From Octopus sinensis (Eukaryota): a stretch of DNA of 64,000 bases. Made by a program: the position numbers and the translations under genes. Under the pieces are notes generated by a model. It was not told where the DNA came from. It saw only the letters and a program-made list of their open reading frames with translations, and did no database searches. Each line of letters begins with the position of its first letter. Position 1 is the stretch's first letter. Positions 40,201-54,830 of this stretch are shown here, piece by piece. The stretch spans positions 88,598,001 to 88,662,000 of the forward strand of contig NC_043006.1 in assembly GCF_006345805.1 (NCBI RefSeq), given 5' to 3'.

Positions 40201-41102
40201 TACTGAAGTTAGATTTTAAAATCTAAAATAGCAATAAATGCACTCTTATATTTTTATATAAAAGCTTAAATTAAAATACTCAAAAAGCTATTTATTTTCA
40301 AATTTAGTGAAAAGACTAATTGCCTAATATTACAAATTTAGTGCTTTATATATAGAAAAAATCGCATAATAGCAATTTAAGCAAAATTGACAATGTATTA
40401 TAACCCCAAAGATTTCTAATGCTAGAGAGTCATTTCTACCATTTGTATTGCACTCTATTTGTTCATTTGCTTTCATTTTTTTAATATTCTTCTGACTGTC
40501 AATAGAGAATATTTTGCTATTTCATACTGCAAACTTTAAAGAAATTACTTTTTGTTTCTTAAAAATTTTTTTTACTATCTTTTACTCTCATTTTTTAATT
40601 ACATATTTTCTATGAGTTTAATTTTAATATAATATCTGTAATTTAGAACTTTTAGATAATGAGTTAAGTTAAGAAAATAAAATCTAAAAAATAATGTAGC
40701 ATTACAAATAAGACAGAAATGTTTTCGCTTAATACAAAAAAGAATTTTAATCAAATATATTAACCTAGATTTTTAAGATTTGCAATACAGAGCCCAAAAA
40801 TATAAAAAACTAAACAGTGCACACACAATTTGATGAAAGATTTCAGAAAGTTATTTAGGAAATTCTAACTTCAGCAGCAATATTTGAAGGATGTTTTCTT
40901 TTTGTCCTGTATTTTTCTTCTCTTAATTATTGCTTAACCTGTACTTTTCCAGGTTCAATACTTAAGAATACTGCAACATTCTGCGCCTTCATTTCTCTTT
41001 CTAGGACTTTATACTTTAACAAGAAAAGTATTGACAGTGACGTATTTATTTATACATAGATATATAACATATACATATGTATGTGTACGTATATATACAC
41101 AC

Positions 41103-41196
<94 letters not shown>

Positions 41197-41536
41197 AAGT
41201 TCGCTTGCGGGAAAAGCATATAAAAAGTCCTAATGATACCAAATTGCAATAACAGTTTTATGGGGTTGTATCGAGCTGTGCCCATATACGGTAAGATAAA
41301 TACAGTAATAATAATAATCCATGGATGGAATCTATAAATATTTTAATGTATCACTCCGCGCTTTTCCGCAAGTTACGTATTTCTTACGATCATAGTCTGA
41401 TGTCGAAGGATACGACGGACTGTACTGTGATCATCCCAGGAGTACGGATTATGAATGTAAGAAACATTTCATATGTGGAAAAGTGCGTAGCGATACATTA
41501 GAATATCTATAAATTATTACTTTTGCTACATATATA

Positions 41537-42192
41537 TATATAGATATAAATTAGAGAAGAATCACCTTTATCAATTCAACAATGAACTAACAATGATATA
41601 ATTAAATTATACCATATAGAAAAAAATTAAATATACGATAAAAATATATACCAATAATTAATTAAAGTACAAAATAATAAATAAAAAGTATATAATTGGG
41701 AAAAAAGACTACATATTACCTACCAGTCATTTCTCGTTGCTTCTCCCACCGAAAGACTTCTTGCGAAAGAATACACAACGCTAAAAAGAACCCAACCCAA
41801 GTGTAGTATAATCTGTCGAAGGAGATTACAGTGATGCTCCGAAGTCACTGTTAATAATTTCCTTGTAATAATTCAATGACCATGTAGTGTCATTAATTCA
41901 AAGATGCTTCATGCGACGGGAACAATTTAATTCTTTACAAAGTATTTGTCGATCACAGCCCAGTAATATGCCATTATACTTATGGTTTGGTTGTCTGGAA
42001 TTACATTTGAATTCAAGACACGTGTAGTCTTTTTACCAATTATATACATTTTATTTATTATTTTGTACTTTACTTTATTATTGGTATATGCTTTTATTGT
42101 ATATTTAATTTTTTTCTCTATGGTATAATTTAATTATATCATTGTTATTTCATTGTTGAATTGATAAAGGTGGTTCTTCTCTAATTTATAAA
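41537..42192. repeat. Inverted repeat pair of about 175 bp (41537-41712 and 42022-42192)
   Basis: TATAAATTAGAGAAGAA..TTATCAATTCAACAATGAA matched on the opposite strand. Confidence 0.85.
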
Positions 42193-42404
42193 CATATATT
42201 ATATATTGTGAAATTTGATTTAGTATTACTAAATTGAATTTTTCCTTGTAAGTTTGGAATATTCCCTATTATTATTATTATATTATTATTATTATTATTA
42301 TATATATATATAGTAATAGTATAACAAAAGAATGAAACCTTGATATTATGTAAATAAAGGAATTTATCTGCAATATAATTGTCACATATATCATATCATA
42401 TTAT

Positions 42405-43620
<1,216 letters not shown>

Positions 43621-43699
43621 ATCCCTCAATTAGATAATCGCATATCCCACTATTGGGTCTTCCACATTTTTTTTATATTCGTAAACGTACACGCACACA

Positions 43700-44140
43700 C
43701 ACACATGTATGTATGTATGTATGTATGTATGTATGTATGTATGTATGTATGTATGTATGTATGTATGTATGTATGTATGTATGCATGTGTGTTTGTTTGT
43801 ATGTATTATAGTTGTGCGTGTATCAATATTTGCTTTTAAAAACATTCAACGTTAAACTGAATGATCACTTAATACATTTTAACTTAGTATATGGTCATTG
43901 AATTATTACAAGGAAATTATATTACAGTGACTTCGGAGCATCACTTTAATCTCCTTCAACAGATTATACTATACTTGGGTTGGGTTCTTTTTAGCGTTGT
44001 ATATTCTTTTGCAAGTCTGTCGGTGGGTGAAGCAGCGAGAAATGACTGGTAGGTGATATGTAGGTATGTTTGGAATATTGTATATACATACACACACACA
44101 CATATATGTATATGTACAGACAGACATACATACAGATAGG

Positions 44141-44236
<96 letters not shown>

Positions 44237-44246
44237 TAAATAGATG

Positions 44247-44333
<87 letters not shown>

Positions 44334-44335
44334 GT
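43700..44335. repeat. (TATG)n at 43705-43782 and (GATA)n at 44135-44332
   Basis: Read directly from the sequence. Confidence 0.95.
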
Positions 44336-45326
44336 ACATATAAGTATGTATGTGTGCTTGTGTTGATGTGTAACCGTGTAAAACATAATGTACGAATAAA
44401 AGCAACAAACACATTCGATAAAATATACATTGATAAAATATCTGAAATATGTACAAGTGTCGAGGTGACCGAAGAAAACCCTTAAAGGCAGTGCTACATC
44501 ATGGCGCGAGTCCATGACGAAGCACTGTCAAAGAATAAAAGAATATAAGAATATTTCCTTACATCAAACATACATCTTACTCTTAAATAAAGACGAGCAC
44601 ATTGGACCGTACAGACTTATATAGGCAAACACACGGAGTAACACTGCTAGAAACCTTTGATCTTAGATTTGGTGGTTAGGGGAAATATCTAGAGTTAAAT
44701 GATAATAATAAAAACAAGAAGAATATGTACGAGAGACGATTTGCAAAGTATTTAGAAAGTAATTGTGATTATTATTTACATGTTTATTCCTTTCATTTTA
44801 TTTTATATTACATTTCGTGAGCAATGGAGTCCTTTGTTATTGGATTCCAATTGATTCAGTGCAGGATTAGTGGGAAAACGACTGGGAATGTTCCGTGCAT
44901 AGATTATTGGGGGATTTTCGCTGAGGTTTTATATCTTTCATTGACTTAAATATATCTATATATCTATACACACATACAGACACACACACAAACACACACA
45001 CTCACATGTATGCATACCTGTACATCTAACATATATCAGTAAATGCATTACTTACTGTTTCTTATATATAGGAGCAAATGTTCCAGTTTAGTTCCAAATG
45101 ACCGTAGCGGTGTCAGTCATTGAAGAGGCAAAATAACACTAAAATACAATGCAGACCTGCAGTCATAGAACTAGGCTTGATGTGTTCTTATATAGAGAGT
45201 CTATGGAGCGTATATTTTCGAGACAAAATCCCGCAGCCAATGTCATTCACGCTTAAATATACAGGAACATGTTAAAAATATATCTATATATCTTTAACAC
45301 ACATATATAAATGTGTATATATATAT

Positions 45327-45394
<68 letters not shown>

Positions 45395-46379
45395 CATCTA
45401 TCTAACTATATATGTATGTGTGTGTGTGTGTGTATCATGTCGCATGAAGCAGCTATGGATAAATTATATTCGTGTGAAATAGTGCTTAACATGAATATAA
45501 TCGACTGTGAAAAGACCTAACGATATAGCTGCAAGAGAAAATGCTTCACCTAGACTTGCGTAAGTACAAATTTTGTTTTGGGATATGTGCTACGTCATTA
45601 GATCGTAGGAAGTAAATAGCCCAGTAAGTATGACATTATACTTATGAAAACAGCAGACGAACTGTCTGCTGATGTGCAGATGGTTTGGTTGTCTGGAATT
45701 AAATTGTTCATGTCGCATGAAGCAGCTTCGAATAAAATATATTCGTGTAAATTCATGTTTAACATGTTCGACTACAATCGGTTGTAATAAGGTGAAATAC
45801 ACAGTTTGTTTTTGGCTACTATTTTTAGCAGGTCGAGAAACTAAATTGGGATTCCCTCGGTGATTTGATTTAAGTATATTTGATTCAATTTCTGCTTCAT
45901 ATTTCAGACATTTTATGAAAGTATATCTGTCTGAAGCAATAGGAACATTCGAACAGAGATATACTTTGCTAATTGTCGATAATTGTTAGTTGCAAAACAC
46001 ATAGGTAATTAGCAAGTCAGAGAGATTTGGTGAAAATGTAGTTCGGTTGTTGACTTAATTTTTGGTTCTTAATGGTTCACTCTAGAGTAATAGTCTGTAA
46101 TCATGGTCTTCGCAGATTCCCCCACCTACTCACAGTTCGTTGATATTAATGCGGTAATTTTCCTATAAATACGGCTTTTCTTACAAAGTTGTAAGGTGAT
46201 GGCTGTAAGAAAAACCGGGGTAAGAAGGTAATCCAGAGAAAGATATTCTGGGAAGAAAGAACATGGTAAAGAGGTCAGTGGAGATCCTAGTTGCACTCCT
46301 AATATCTGTAAAGAGAATGGAAGAAGTCCGTGAGATAAGACAAGACCACCTTTTCAATAAATTTCTTGATGTGTTATAA

Positions 46380-46730
46380 GGGGTAATTCGATTACATCGA
46401 TCTCAGTACTTGACTGGCTCTTTATGTTATCGACTTCGAAAAGATGAAAGAAAAAGTTATCCTTGGTGGTAGATTAACTCAGAAATTAAAAAAAAAAACA
46501 GAAGATACGTCACTTCACATTTTGCCGGACATTCTAACGATTTTGTCAACTGGAATTTTAATAATTCTTTCGGTATTGGCACAAGACCTTAAATTTTGTG
46601 GGAGGTGGATGAAGGTACTGGTCGATTACATCGACCACCGAACTTGAATAAGCGGAAGTGGAACTCAGAATGTTAAGAGCCGGAAGAAGTGGCGCATTTT
46701 GCCCGATACACTCACGATTCTGCCTTAATG
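46380..46730 (-). mobile_element. Two diverged SINE family 1 copies in tandem
   Basis: GATTACATCGA and AACTCAGAA landmarks each appear twice. Confidence 0.7.
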
Positions 46731-47580
46731 CGTAGATTTTAATAATAATCACTGTTTCTCGCCTCCCAGACCCTGCTCTGAAAACTTGTCTTCGGCACAG
46801 CCTCCGTCTTTTTCCTGGCAACTTTGACCTAAATCTTTTCAAGCTGAACATCAATTACGTCGATTTCACGTCTATAGCAGAGTTTGAAAGAAATGACGGG
46901 AACTACTTTCTCCTCCGCCTGACGAAATAAGTTCAAATTCTGATACAATATGACTAGAAAAATGGCTTTCAAAACTACAAAAGATCTATTTCTCAAACAC
47001 GTTCCTCTATGCAGTGATCGGCTCAACAAGATTCTGTTGAATGGTGGTTCATTGTATAGCAAAGCATTTTGTTTTCATAGATTGATAGATTACTGTAGAT
47101 TACAGCAAGCATTGCGCCCAATTGCGTTTTACCGTATTTTCCTATGTAATTTTCATCAAAATGGTTTTGCAGTCGATCGTCTTTGACTTAGTTTGCATCA
47201 TGTTTTTCAAGCGACTTATTAAATAAATCCTAAATAACTTCAGATTTTTGTTTAACCAACGAATTATATTTTAATAGATCTTTTGGGCTGATCTTAAGTT
47301 TTCTTCTTCATTTCTTTGAAGTCATTCCTCTCTGGATGGATATTGTCGAAATGTTATCAATCAGTGAAAACATTTTGAATTCGAATAAAATTATTATGTG
47401 TCAAGGTATTTCAAGTATGAAACTTAGACATTTTTTATTAAGAAAATTCTTAACATTATTCAGAAAACTGTTGTACAGAGCCACTCTCTCCCTTGCTGAG
47501 ATACATGCTGAGATATCAATGACGGTAGATTCCAAATAAACACTCTTTTATATACCAATAACTACAAGAATAACCAAGAT

Positions 47581-47800
47581 ATTGGTTTTGACTCATGGCA
47601 CAAGGTCAGTAGTTTTGGAGGAAGGGGTAAGTCTATTACATCGACTTCAGTTATCAAGAGGTACTGATTTTATTGACCTGAAGAGGATAAAAGGCAAAAT
47701 TGACCTCGACGGGTTTTGAACTCAGAACGTAAAGACGGGCGAAATGCCGCTAAGCATTTTGCCAGACGTGCTAACGATTATGCGAGCTCGCCGTCGTCTT
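47581..47800 (-). mobile_element. SINE family 1
   Basis: Colinear with the reverse complement of 29036-29252. Confidence 0.85.
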
Positions 47801-48296
47801 AAATATTATTATTATTATTATTAATATTATTCGCCGTCAAAATATTATTCAGAAAAACTCTACACCACTAAATGCATTCCTGTAAAGATCTCACCTGTTT
47901 CTTTTCATCGTCTAAAAGTTTTAGATATCTCTACGTTATAAACACTAGTTATAACTATCACCCATTTAAGCAATAATTATAATTGTCATCCTTCATAAGC
48001 ACAAATAATAATAATGATCCGTAATAAACACTATAACTATCATCATTATACACACTAATTATAACTATCTTCTTTTGTAGAAACTAATCATAACTATCAG
48101 CTATTATAAGTATTAATTATAACTATAATCATAATAAATTCTTATAACTACCATCCATTATAATTATAACGATCATTCTGTGAAGTAACCGAACGCAATG
48201 TTGATTGCATGTTTTTGCTCTTCCATGTATTTTACGATTCAATTAGAGTAACTGTGTTTAAGTCCAATAGATAATTTAGATGGAATCAGTCCAGGA

Positions 48297-48533
48297 AAGG
48301 CGGTGAGCTGGCAGAAACGTTAGCACGCCGGGCGAAATGCGTAGCCGTATTTCGTCTGCCGTTACGTTCTGAGTTCAAATTCCGCCGAGGTCGACTTTGC
48401 CTTTCATCCTTTGGAGGGTCGATAAATTAAGTACCAGTTACGCACTGAGGTCGATATAATCGACTTAATCCGTTTGTCTGCCCTTGTTTGTCCCCTCTTG
48501 TTTAGCCCCTTGTGGGTAGTAAAGAAATAGGTA
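48297..48533 (+). mobile_element. Full-length young SINE family 1 with an 11-bp TSD
   Basis: TSD TCAGTCCAGGA (48286-96) and TCACTCCAGGA (48534-44); A and B boxes intact. Confidence 0.95.
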
Positions 48534-48801
48534 TCACTCCAGGATTAGTGATATTATATTTCATAACTGTTTCACAATCATATTATATTTTCACACTCTA
48601 AAATATTTCATTCTGAATCTCACACTATTGAAGTTCCGGTAGTTTTAAGGAGAATCGTTATCTTTCCTTTCCCAATTTTAACAGTGAAACCCAAAGAAAT
48701 TATTGTTTGTAATTTTTACTAATCACTTAGTGAAAAGGGAGGCCGATGCTCACGTTCATTTTTAAGTCTCCGAGACTGCGGGAGGGAGAAAAGTAAATTA
48801 C

Positions 48802-48884
48802 CTCAAACCGGAGATCCATTCGAATTCTTGCAACTAAATTCTCCAATAGGCCGAAGGGTTCTGTTATATCAATGAGGATTAAAT
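48802..48884 (-). CDS. Candidate 83-nt internal exon, (x)LILIDITEPFGLLENLVARIRMDLRFE; product unknown
   Basis: Pyrimidine-rich acceptor ...CTTCTTGTGTGATAG| and donor GAG|GTAATT; only one frame is open. No homology recognised. Confidence 0.3.
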
Positions 48885-49087
48885 CTATCACACAAGAAGT
48901 ATAGTAGAAAGAAAAACGTAAAGAAATGGAACATATATATACCACAAAACATTCAGTTCAACGTTCCAGCGAGTTTTCCATTCTACTGCTCTAGACTAAT
49001 GCTGTACTTATCGACGCAGGAAACAAGAGCAGCAAAGTTGACATCGACAGGATTTGAACTCAGATTATAAAAATATCGGAACTAATA

Positions 49088-49368
49088 ATGGTTTCAAATT
49101 TTGGCACAAGGTTAGCATTTTCGGTGAGGGGTAAATCGACCATAGTACTCAAATTGTACTTATTTTATCGATTCCGAAACAAGAACAGACAAACGGATTA
49201 AGTCGATTATATCGACTCCAGTGCGTAACTGGTACTTATTTAATCGATCCCGAAAGGATGAAAGCAAAGTCGACCTCGGCGGAATTTGAACTCAGAACGT
49301 AGCGGAAGACGAAATACTGCTAAGCATTTCGCTCGGCGTGCTAACGTTTCTGCCAGTTCGCCGCCTTA
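49088..49368 (-). mobile_element. Chimeric SINE family 1: a young copy fused to the tail of another subfamily
   Basis: Junction at ATCGATTCCGAAA|CAAGAACAGACAAACGG near 49178. Confidence 0.8.
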
Positions 49369-49993
49369 AAGCTGGAATATACAATACAAGCGTCAAACGC
49401 TTTAGCCAATTGGCCACTTAATGCTCATTCTCTCGTGGTGAAATATTTCCCAGGTTCGAAGAATAGAATTTTCTTGTGTATTTTTAAGCTTCCTTTCTTG
49501 TTCCCGTCCAATAATTCATGCCTATGTTCTAACCACCTGAGATACTTCAAATCATTCCAGGATTGACATCTTCAATTTACGGACGATGGTTTTATTGTGA
49601 TAGCAAATAAACTTCCTGAACATATTATAAAAACTGTATGTTTCACTAAACCGTTTTGTTCTAACATCACAGAGTTCTCACTTTTCTATTAAGATATCGC
49701 TCTTCACATAAAATTCGCATTCACTTCCAGTGAGAAAAAATTTTTTTGCTGTTATTTAACGCTAGTTGAACATCAGCACTAGCCAAGCTAAATAAGTTAC
49801 CATTACCAAGAACTTGCAAAATTTTCACAATAATGACATGTGGTTAAGAAGTACTCCTCTAACAACAGGGCACGATCCTACAGTGCAGCGCTCTGGGAAA
49901 GTATCCTCTGTCATGGATTAGAGTTGGTCGAAACCTCATGCGTTGAAGAAAAAAATCACTGAAAGCTCTCATACACACGCAAGCATACATATA

Positions 49994-51189
49994 CTGAGTC
50001 ATCTCATAAATAATGCGGTTTTTCAATATACTTCTTTAATTTTTCACAATTAGGATAAACAAAGTTTTTAATCTAAAATATACGCCCCTTCATTTTCTAC
50101 AATGCTCTTCCATCTATTTCACTTGTCCACGACGAAAAATACACCCCCACTACTGTTCTGAGCTCGTCTACACAATTCATATTTTTTTCGTCCAAATGAT
50201 TTTGAAGACTGCGGAATAAATGATAATCAGATGGGACAATGTCCGGCGAATACAGCAGGAGGGGCATCGTTTCCCATTGAAACTGCCCTAGACTTTGGAA
50301 AGTCATCCTCACTGTATGTGGCCGAGCATTATCCTAATAGAACACCTTTCGTTTTGAAACCAAAGATGGTCGTTTTTCTTCTAGCGCTGACTTAAGCCGC
50401 CCACGTTGCTCACAGTAGATCTCTCCTTTGTTATAGTTTGGTTTGGGTTTAAACGTTAAAAGTGGACTAAACTTTTCGTATCCCACCAAAAAGATGACGA
50501 CACCTTACGCGGGTGAAGACCTTCTTTAGCCTGGGGTACCGGTGTATCTCCTTTCCCTACCTACTGTCTTCGGCGCTTGACATTTTTACAGAGAACCCAT
50601 TTCTCACCACTATTCGGTCGCAAAACGGTTTATTCGTGAGATGTGACAGCAAAGAAAAGCACATATTCACTCTCTGCGCGCGGTTAGACTCGGAAAGTTT
50701 GTGAGGAACCTATTGACCCAATTTGCTGACGTTTCCGATGGCACGCAGGTGTCGATGAATGGTTGAATGGCCAAATCCAAGCTTCTTTGCTGGTTCCTCA
50801 ATAATTACGATGGGACTTCGTTCCCCCAGAGTTTACAGGACGACCTCGTCGAGCTCTACATATCTTCCAGGACGACGAATTTCTGAAACCACCATTGACA
50901 CTGGCTTAGGCTAATTGCCCGATCACCATATACTACATTAATATTCCTCGCACTTTCCGTTTCGTTGAACTCATAAAGACAAAATATACCGAATATGTTC
51001 CTTTTTCATTTCCATTATAACTTTGAAAAAGTAACTGTTAAAATCGTACTACACTCTTCAAAACTTGCACTAAGAATAAATAAAAGGTAAAATTACTACC
51101 AGTTTTATAGCAAATTGATGCAGGTAGTTTATCACGTCCGTCTCCAACTTTAAGTTCAAGAAAACTGCATTATTTATGGAGTGACCCTA
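49994..51189 (-). mobile_element. Near-full-length decayed mariner (DD34D), second family
   Basis: Imperfect 29-bp TIRs (core CATAAATAATGC, 22/29 match) flanked by TA; *VPHKL (WVPHEL-like), EKWVL, WWD, DNARPH-x-YSPDIVPSD (34 residues between the Ds); many stops and frameshifts. Confidence 0.9.
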
Positions 51190-51210
51190 TATATATATAT
51201 ATATTATATA

Positions 51211-51254
<44 letters not shown>

Positions 51255-53727
51255 TCGTTACAGATATAGGGTGAAAGATATTTAATTTAAAATCAACAAA
51301 TTTCACCCAGTAGTTTTTCGGTATGGAAAAGGACAATATTCGGTAAAAACATAGAAAAAAAGTGTTTTTTTATATATAATTATAACAATAAGGGTTTATT
51401 GTTATAAATTTATATATATATAATGTTCTGTTCCGTGATAAAAAAATTCATGAAAAAGTACTCCATCTGGTGTGAGATAAATATTATTTAAAAATATCAT
51501 TTATTTAAAGGACACAAGACGTGTCTTTAAGTGTTACAAATAGATTCATATGTGGAAACTATCTCAAACATATTCATCAGGGATATCTAACATAACCTCG
51601 GTTTTTGTTTTTCCTATTTTAATTGTGATATATTTAACAACTTATGTACTTCCCGTTATATTTTAAAAGAAGGAACATCATTGACACTTATTAGATCAAA
51701 TAAATTCTCATGAATTAAATTAAATGTTACTAAATTAGTCCCTCCCTTTAGGTTAAACTTCATTTTTTCCCTCCTTGTGTCGTAGATATTTTTCTCGGTT
51801 CTATATCTGTTCATATTAAATATTTAATATGAAACGTAGTGGTTAATTCTTATGCACGATTATTGAGCTGCTTCCTTTTCTTGCCGTAAAAAAAAACATT
51901 TCTAGATTTTGAATTGTATCAGTTTTTCAAGATAGATCAAATTTGTTGGGTGATTAATTAATGATTCCTGTAACTTGGTAAACTAACTGGGAATAAGGAA
52001 TAAATTGTGGTCAGCGGTGTACCATTTATATAACTTTCTAGCATAATTACAATATTTTCTAGCATTAACACTGCAAAGTTTTCCAAGATGTATAGCTTAA
52101 TTATGTGTTTTATAATTTTTTAAGTTTACAATATAATTAACAGAATTCCCAAGCTAAATGTATTTTTCAAATGATCTTATACTAATTCTGCTTGTCATTG
52201 CGTTACTTCATCCGCCGGTAACGCTTTCATGTGATTAAAGAAAAAGAGGGACAAAGAAAAGGATAGGGAAAAAAGGAGGGAGAAAGGAAGGGAGAGAGAA
52301 GCCTCCATGAAGTGAGGTAGAAGGAATGTAATTGTAACGCTTTCACGTGATTAGTTGAAGGGAAAGAGAGCAGAAAGTAAGAGGAAAGAGAAAAAGAGAA
52401 TAAGGCGAAGACTGAGACAGAAAAAGAAAGAAAAAGAGGGAAAGATAAGCATCCTGACGTGAGGTAGAGGGGAACGTAATATTTATTACGTGGTTAAAAA
52501 AGGAGGAGAGTTAAAAAATATAATTTTAGCGGACGAGTGATGTTCTGGGGGTAAGGTTAAAGAAAGGCAAAGAGAAAGCGGAAAGAGGGTGAGGGGAAGA
52601 GAGAGGGAGGAGGAGTGAGAGGGAGGAAGGGAGGTGGAGGGAGAGAGAGGGAGAGAGATGATGGTGGTGGTGGTGGTGGTGGAGATGAGCGTGGTGGTGG
52701 TAGAGATGATGGAGGTGATAGTGAGTGGATAGTGAAAAGTGTATTTTTTAAAACAACTAATTTTTTAATATCACCTATTACTTAAAGCATATGCATAAGT
52801 GTAACTCTGTGAAATATTCATGCTTATTTGCTTGGCAGATATATGCAATTTAACTAAAGGTTGTATCATATTTTCGGGATATTTTTTCTGCTGATGGACA
52901 AAATGGAAAAATAGGATTGAATATTTATTTTATGAGTGATGTGTATTAAGTCTATGAAATTGTGCATAAGGTATATAAAGTGTTTATATATAAACTGTAT
53001 TAAGTGAAGCAGAAAGCGGGAGAAAGAAAAAGGGAAGTGTCCATGATGTGAGATGTGGAGGAACATAATATTTATTACGTGGTTAAAAACGTTAGTTGAA
53101 AAACGTTAGTTGAAAAACGTTAGTTGAGGAGGAGAGTTAAAAGTATAATTTTAGTAGAGGGGCGATGTTCTGATGGCGAGGTTCAAGAAAGACAGAGTGA
53201 GAGAGGAGGGGAGATAGAGAGGAGGGAAAGCGAGAAATGAGAGAGAGAAGGAAGATGGAAGGGAGAGAGGGGCAGGGGAAAGAATGGAAGAGAGAGAGGA
53301 GGAGGGTGGTGATGGTGGTGGTCGTTGGATATTGAAAAGTGAATGTTTTAAATTAAACTAAGTTTTTTTTTATATCACCTATCACTTAACGCTTATTTAC
53401 ATGGCAGATATATGCAATTTAACTAAAGGTTGTATCATATGTACGGGATATTTTTTCTTTATGTAAAAAATGGAAAAAAAAAGAGTGAATATTTATTTTA
53501 TGAACGCTGTGTATTAAGTCTATAAAATTGTACATAAAGTATATAAAGTGTATATATAAAGTCTATTAAGTAATCATCGTATTCCAATTTGTTTCACTTT
53601 TCAATGAGTAGCAGATGAGCAACTGTCTTTCCATACAGACACAACACAGGCTACGCTGTCAGGTATTTTCATAAATAACTCAGCAGGTTTACCATTAATT
53701 CTGTGAAATATTAACGGGCCCCGCTAG
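51255..53727 (+). mobile_element. Helitron-like non-autonomous composite with internal module duplications; 5' boundary uncertain
   Basis: 3' end has an imperfect hairpin CTGTGAA-ATA-TTAACGG followed by CCCCGCTAG|T at 53724-28; diverged repeats of about 580-600 bp at about 52440-53010 and 53010-53575. Confidence 0.4.
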
Positions 53728-54629
53728 TTTGCATTATTTACAGCAAGTAAAAAAAAAATGAGTCAATAAAAGTCTGTATGTGGCCCCTTGATTTGCTACA
53801 ATTAACAGTCAAATCTTCAAATTTCCTCCTACTATCTCACAGACAGAGGAATATATAGATAATATTTATAATGGTGGTATTTGTATCCGTAGTGTTGATA
53901 GATGTGGTGTTGGTTGCGGTGTAGTTGATTGTCATGGTGTTGGTAGCGGTTATGTTGGTAATTGTACTGTTGCCGCTGGTAAGGGTCTATATATATGTTG
54001 TGTTAGTAGCAGTCGTAGTGGCGATATTACTAATGGCAGTGTTGGTAGTAGTGATATCTTTTTAACAGTCGTTGTGTTGATTGTGCCCTGTACATTCTGA
54101 GTTCAAATCCCTCCTGAAAAGTGGTAACACTTCTGTCAAGAGTAGCAATCGACAAATAGTACTTATACTATGAAAACCAATGTAAACCGAGTTTCCTTAG
54201 TTCAATCGATAAATTGACTGCCACTTATACCACCATCAATTATTTGGGTCAATTGTCCACAATAAAGATGAGATAGTTACAGAATTAACATTGGTTTTTC
54301 CACAAACACTGTATTGAGGTCTTAAACTGTTTTTCTATTGTATAACGATGTGTATGCGTTTCAGTAACATCGTCTAGTTAATTATCATCATTAGCAATAT
54401 TATACTAATCATTCTGTTTCATCTTTTGTTATAACATAACATTAATAATAACCATATTCTGGTGTCAAACCACTGAGACAAACTGTCTGGAGAGTATCTA
54501 AAAACATTATTTGTGTAATCGATATTTGAAAAAGAATAAGTCTGAAGGTTAAACAAGGATATTCATATACTTTCCTTTTCTCAAACTGGATTTGGAGGAT
54601 TGAATCTCGTCATAAACGAATCTTATTTC

Positions 54630-54830
54630 CACTCACAAATAGGAAGTTTTAGCTTTGTCTTCTTTATAATTGTCTCGGCAGTTCTTCCAGCTTTTACATA
54701 CAAAACTTTATTTACATTAGAACATAGAATATCAACAACGCTTCTACAGCGCACCACGCACTTGTATTTCTTATGACATCATTTGTAAGAAAACCACATG
54801 GTATTTCTCACGCATTTTGTTTTAAAAGTT
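54630..54830 (-). pseudogene. Possible frameshifted MADF (Myb/SANT-like) relic
   Basis: Three frames give MWFSYK, NDVIRNTSAWCAVEALL and VCKSWKNCRDNYKE, in MADF order with near-MADF spacing. Confidence 0.3.

Noticed and set aside
41204-41372. 13-bp inverted repeat CTTGCGG(G)AAAAGC as a MITE
   Set aside because: Too short, no TSD, and could be chance.
46770-46930. Plus-strand candidate exon after a CCCAG acceptor
   Set aside because: Short unrecognised peptide next to SINE debris, with no supporting partner exon.
48297-48390. tRNA genes at the SINE heads
   Set aside because: They have A/B boxes but no complete cloverleaf, and they continue into multi-copy SINE bodies.
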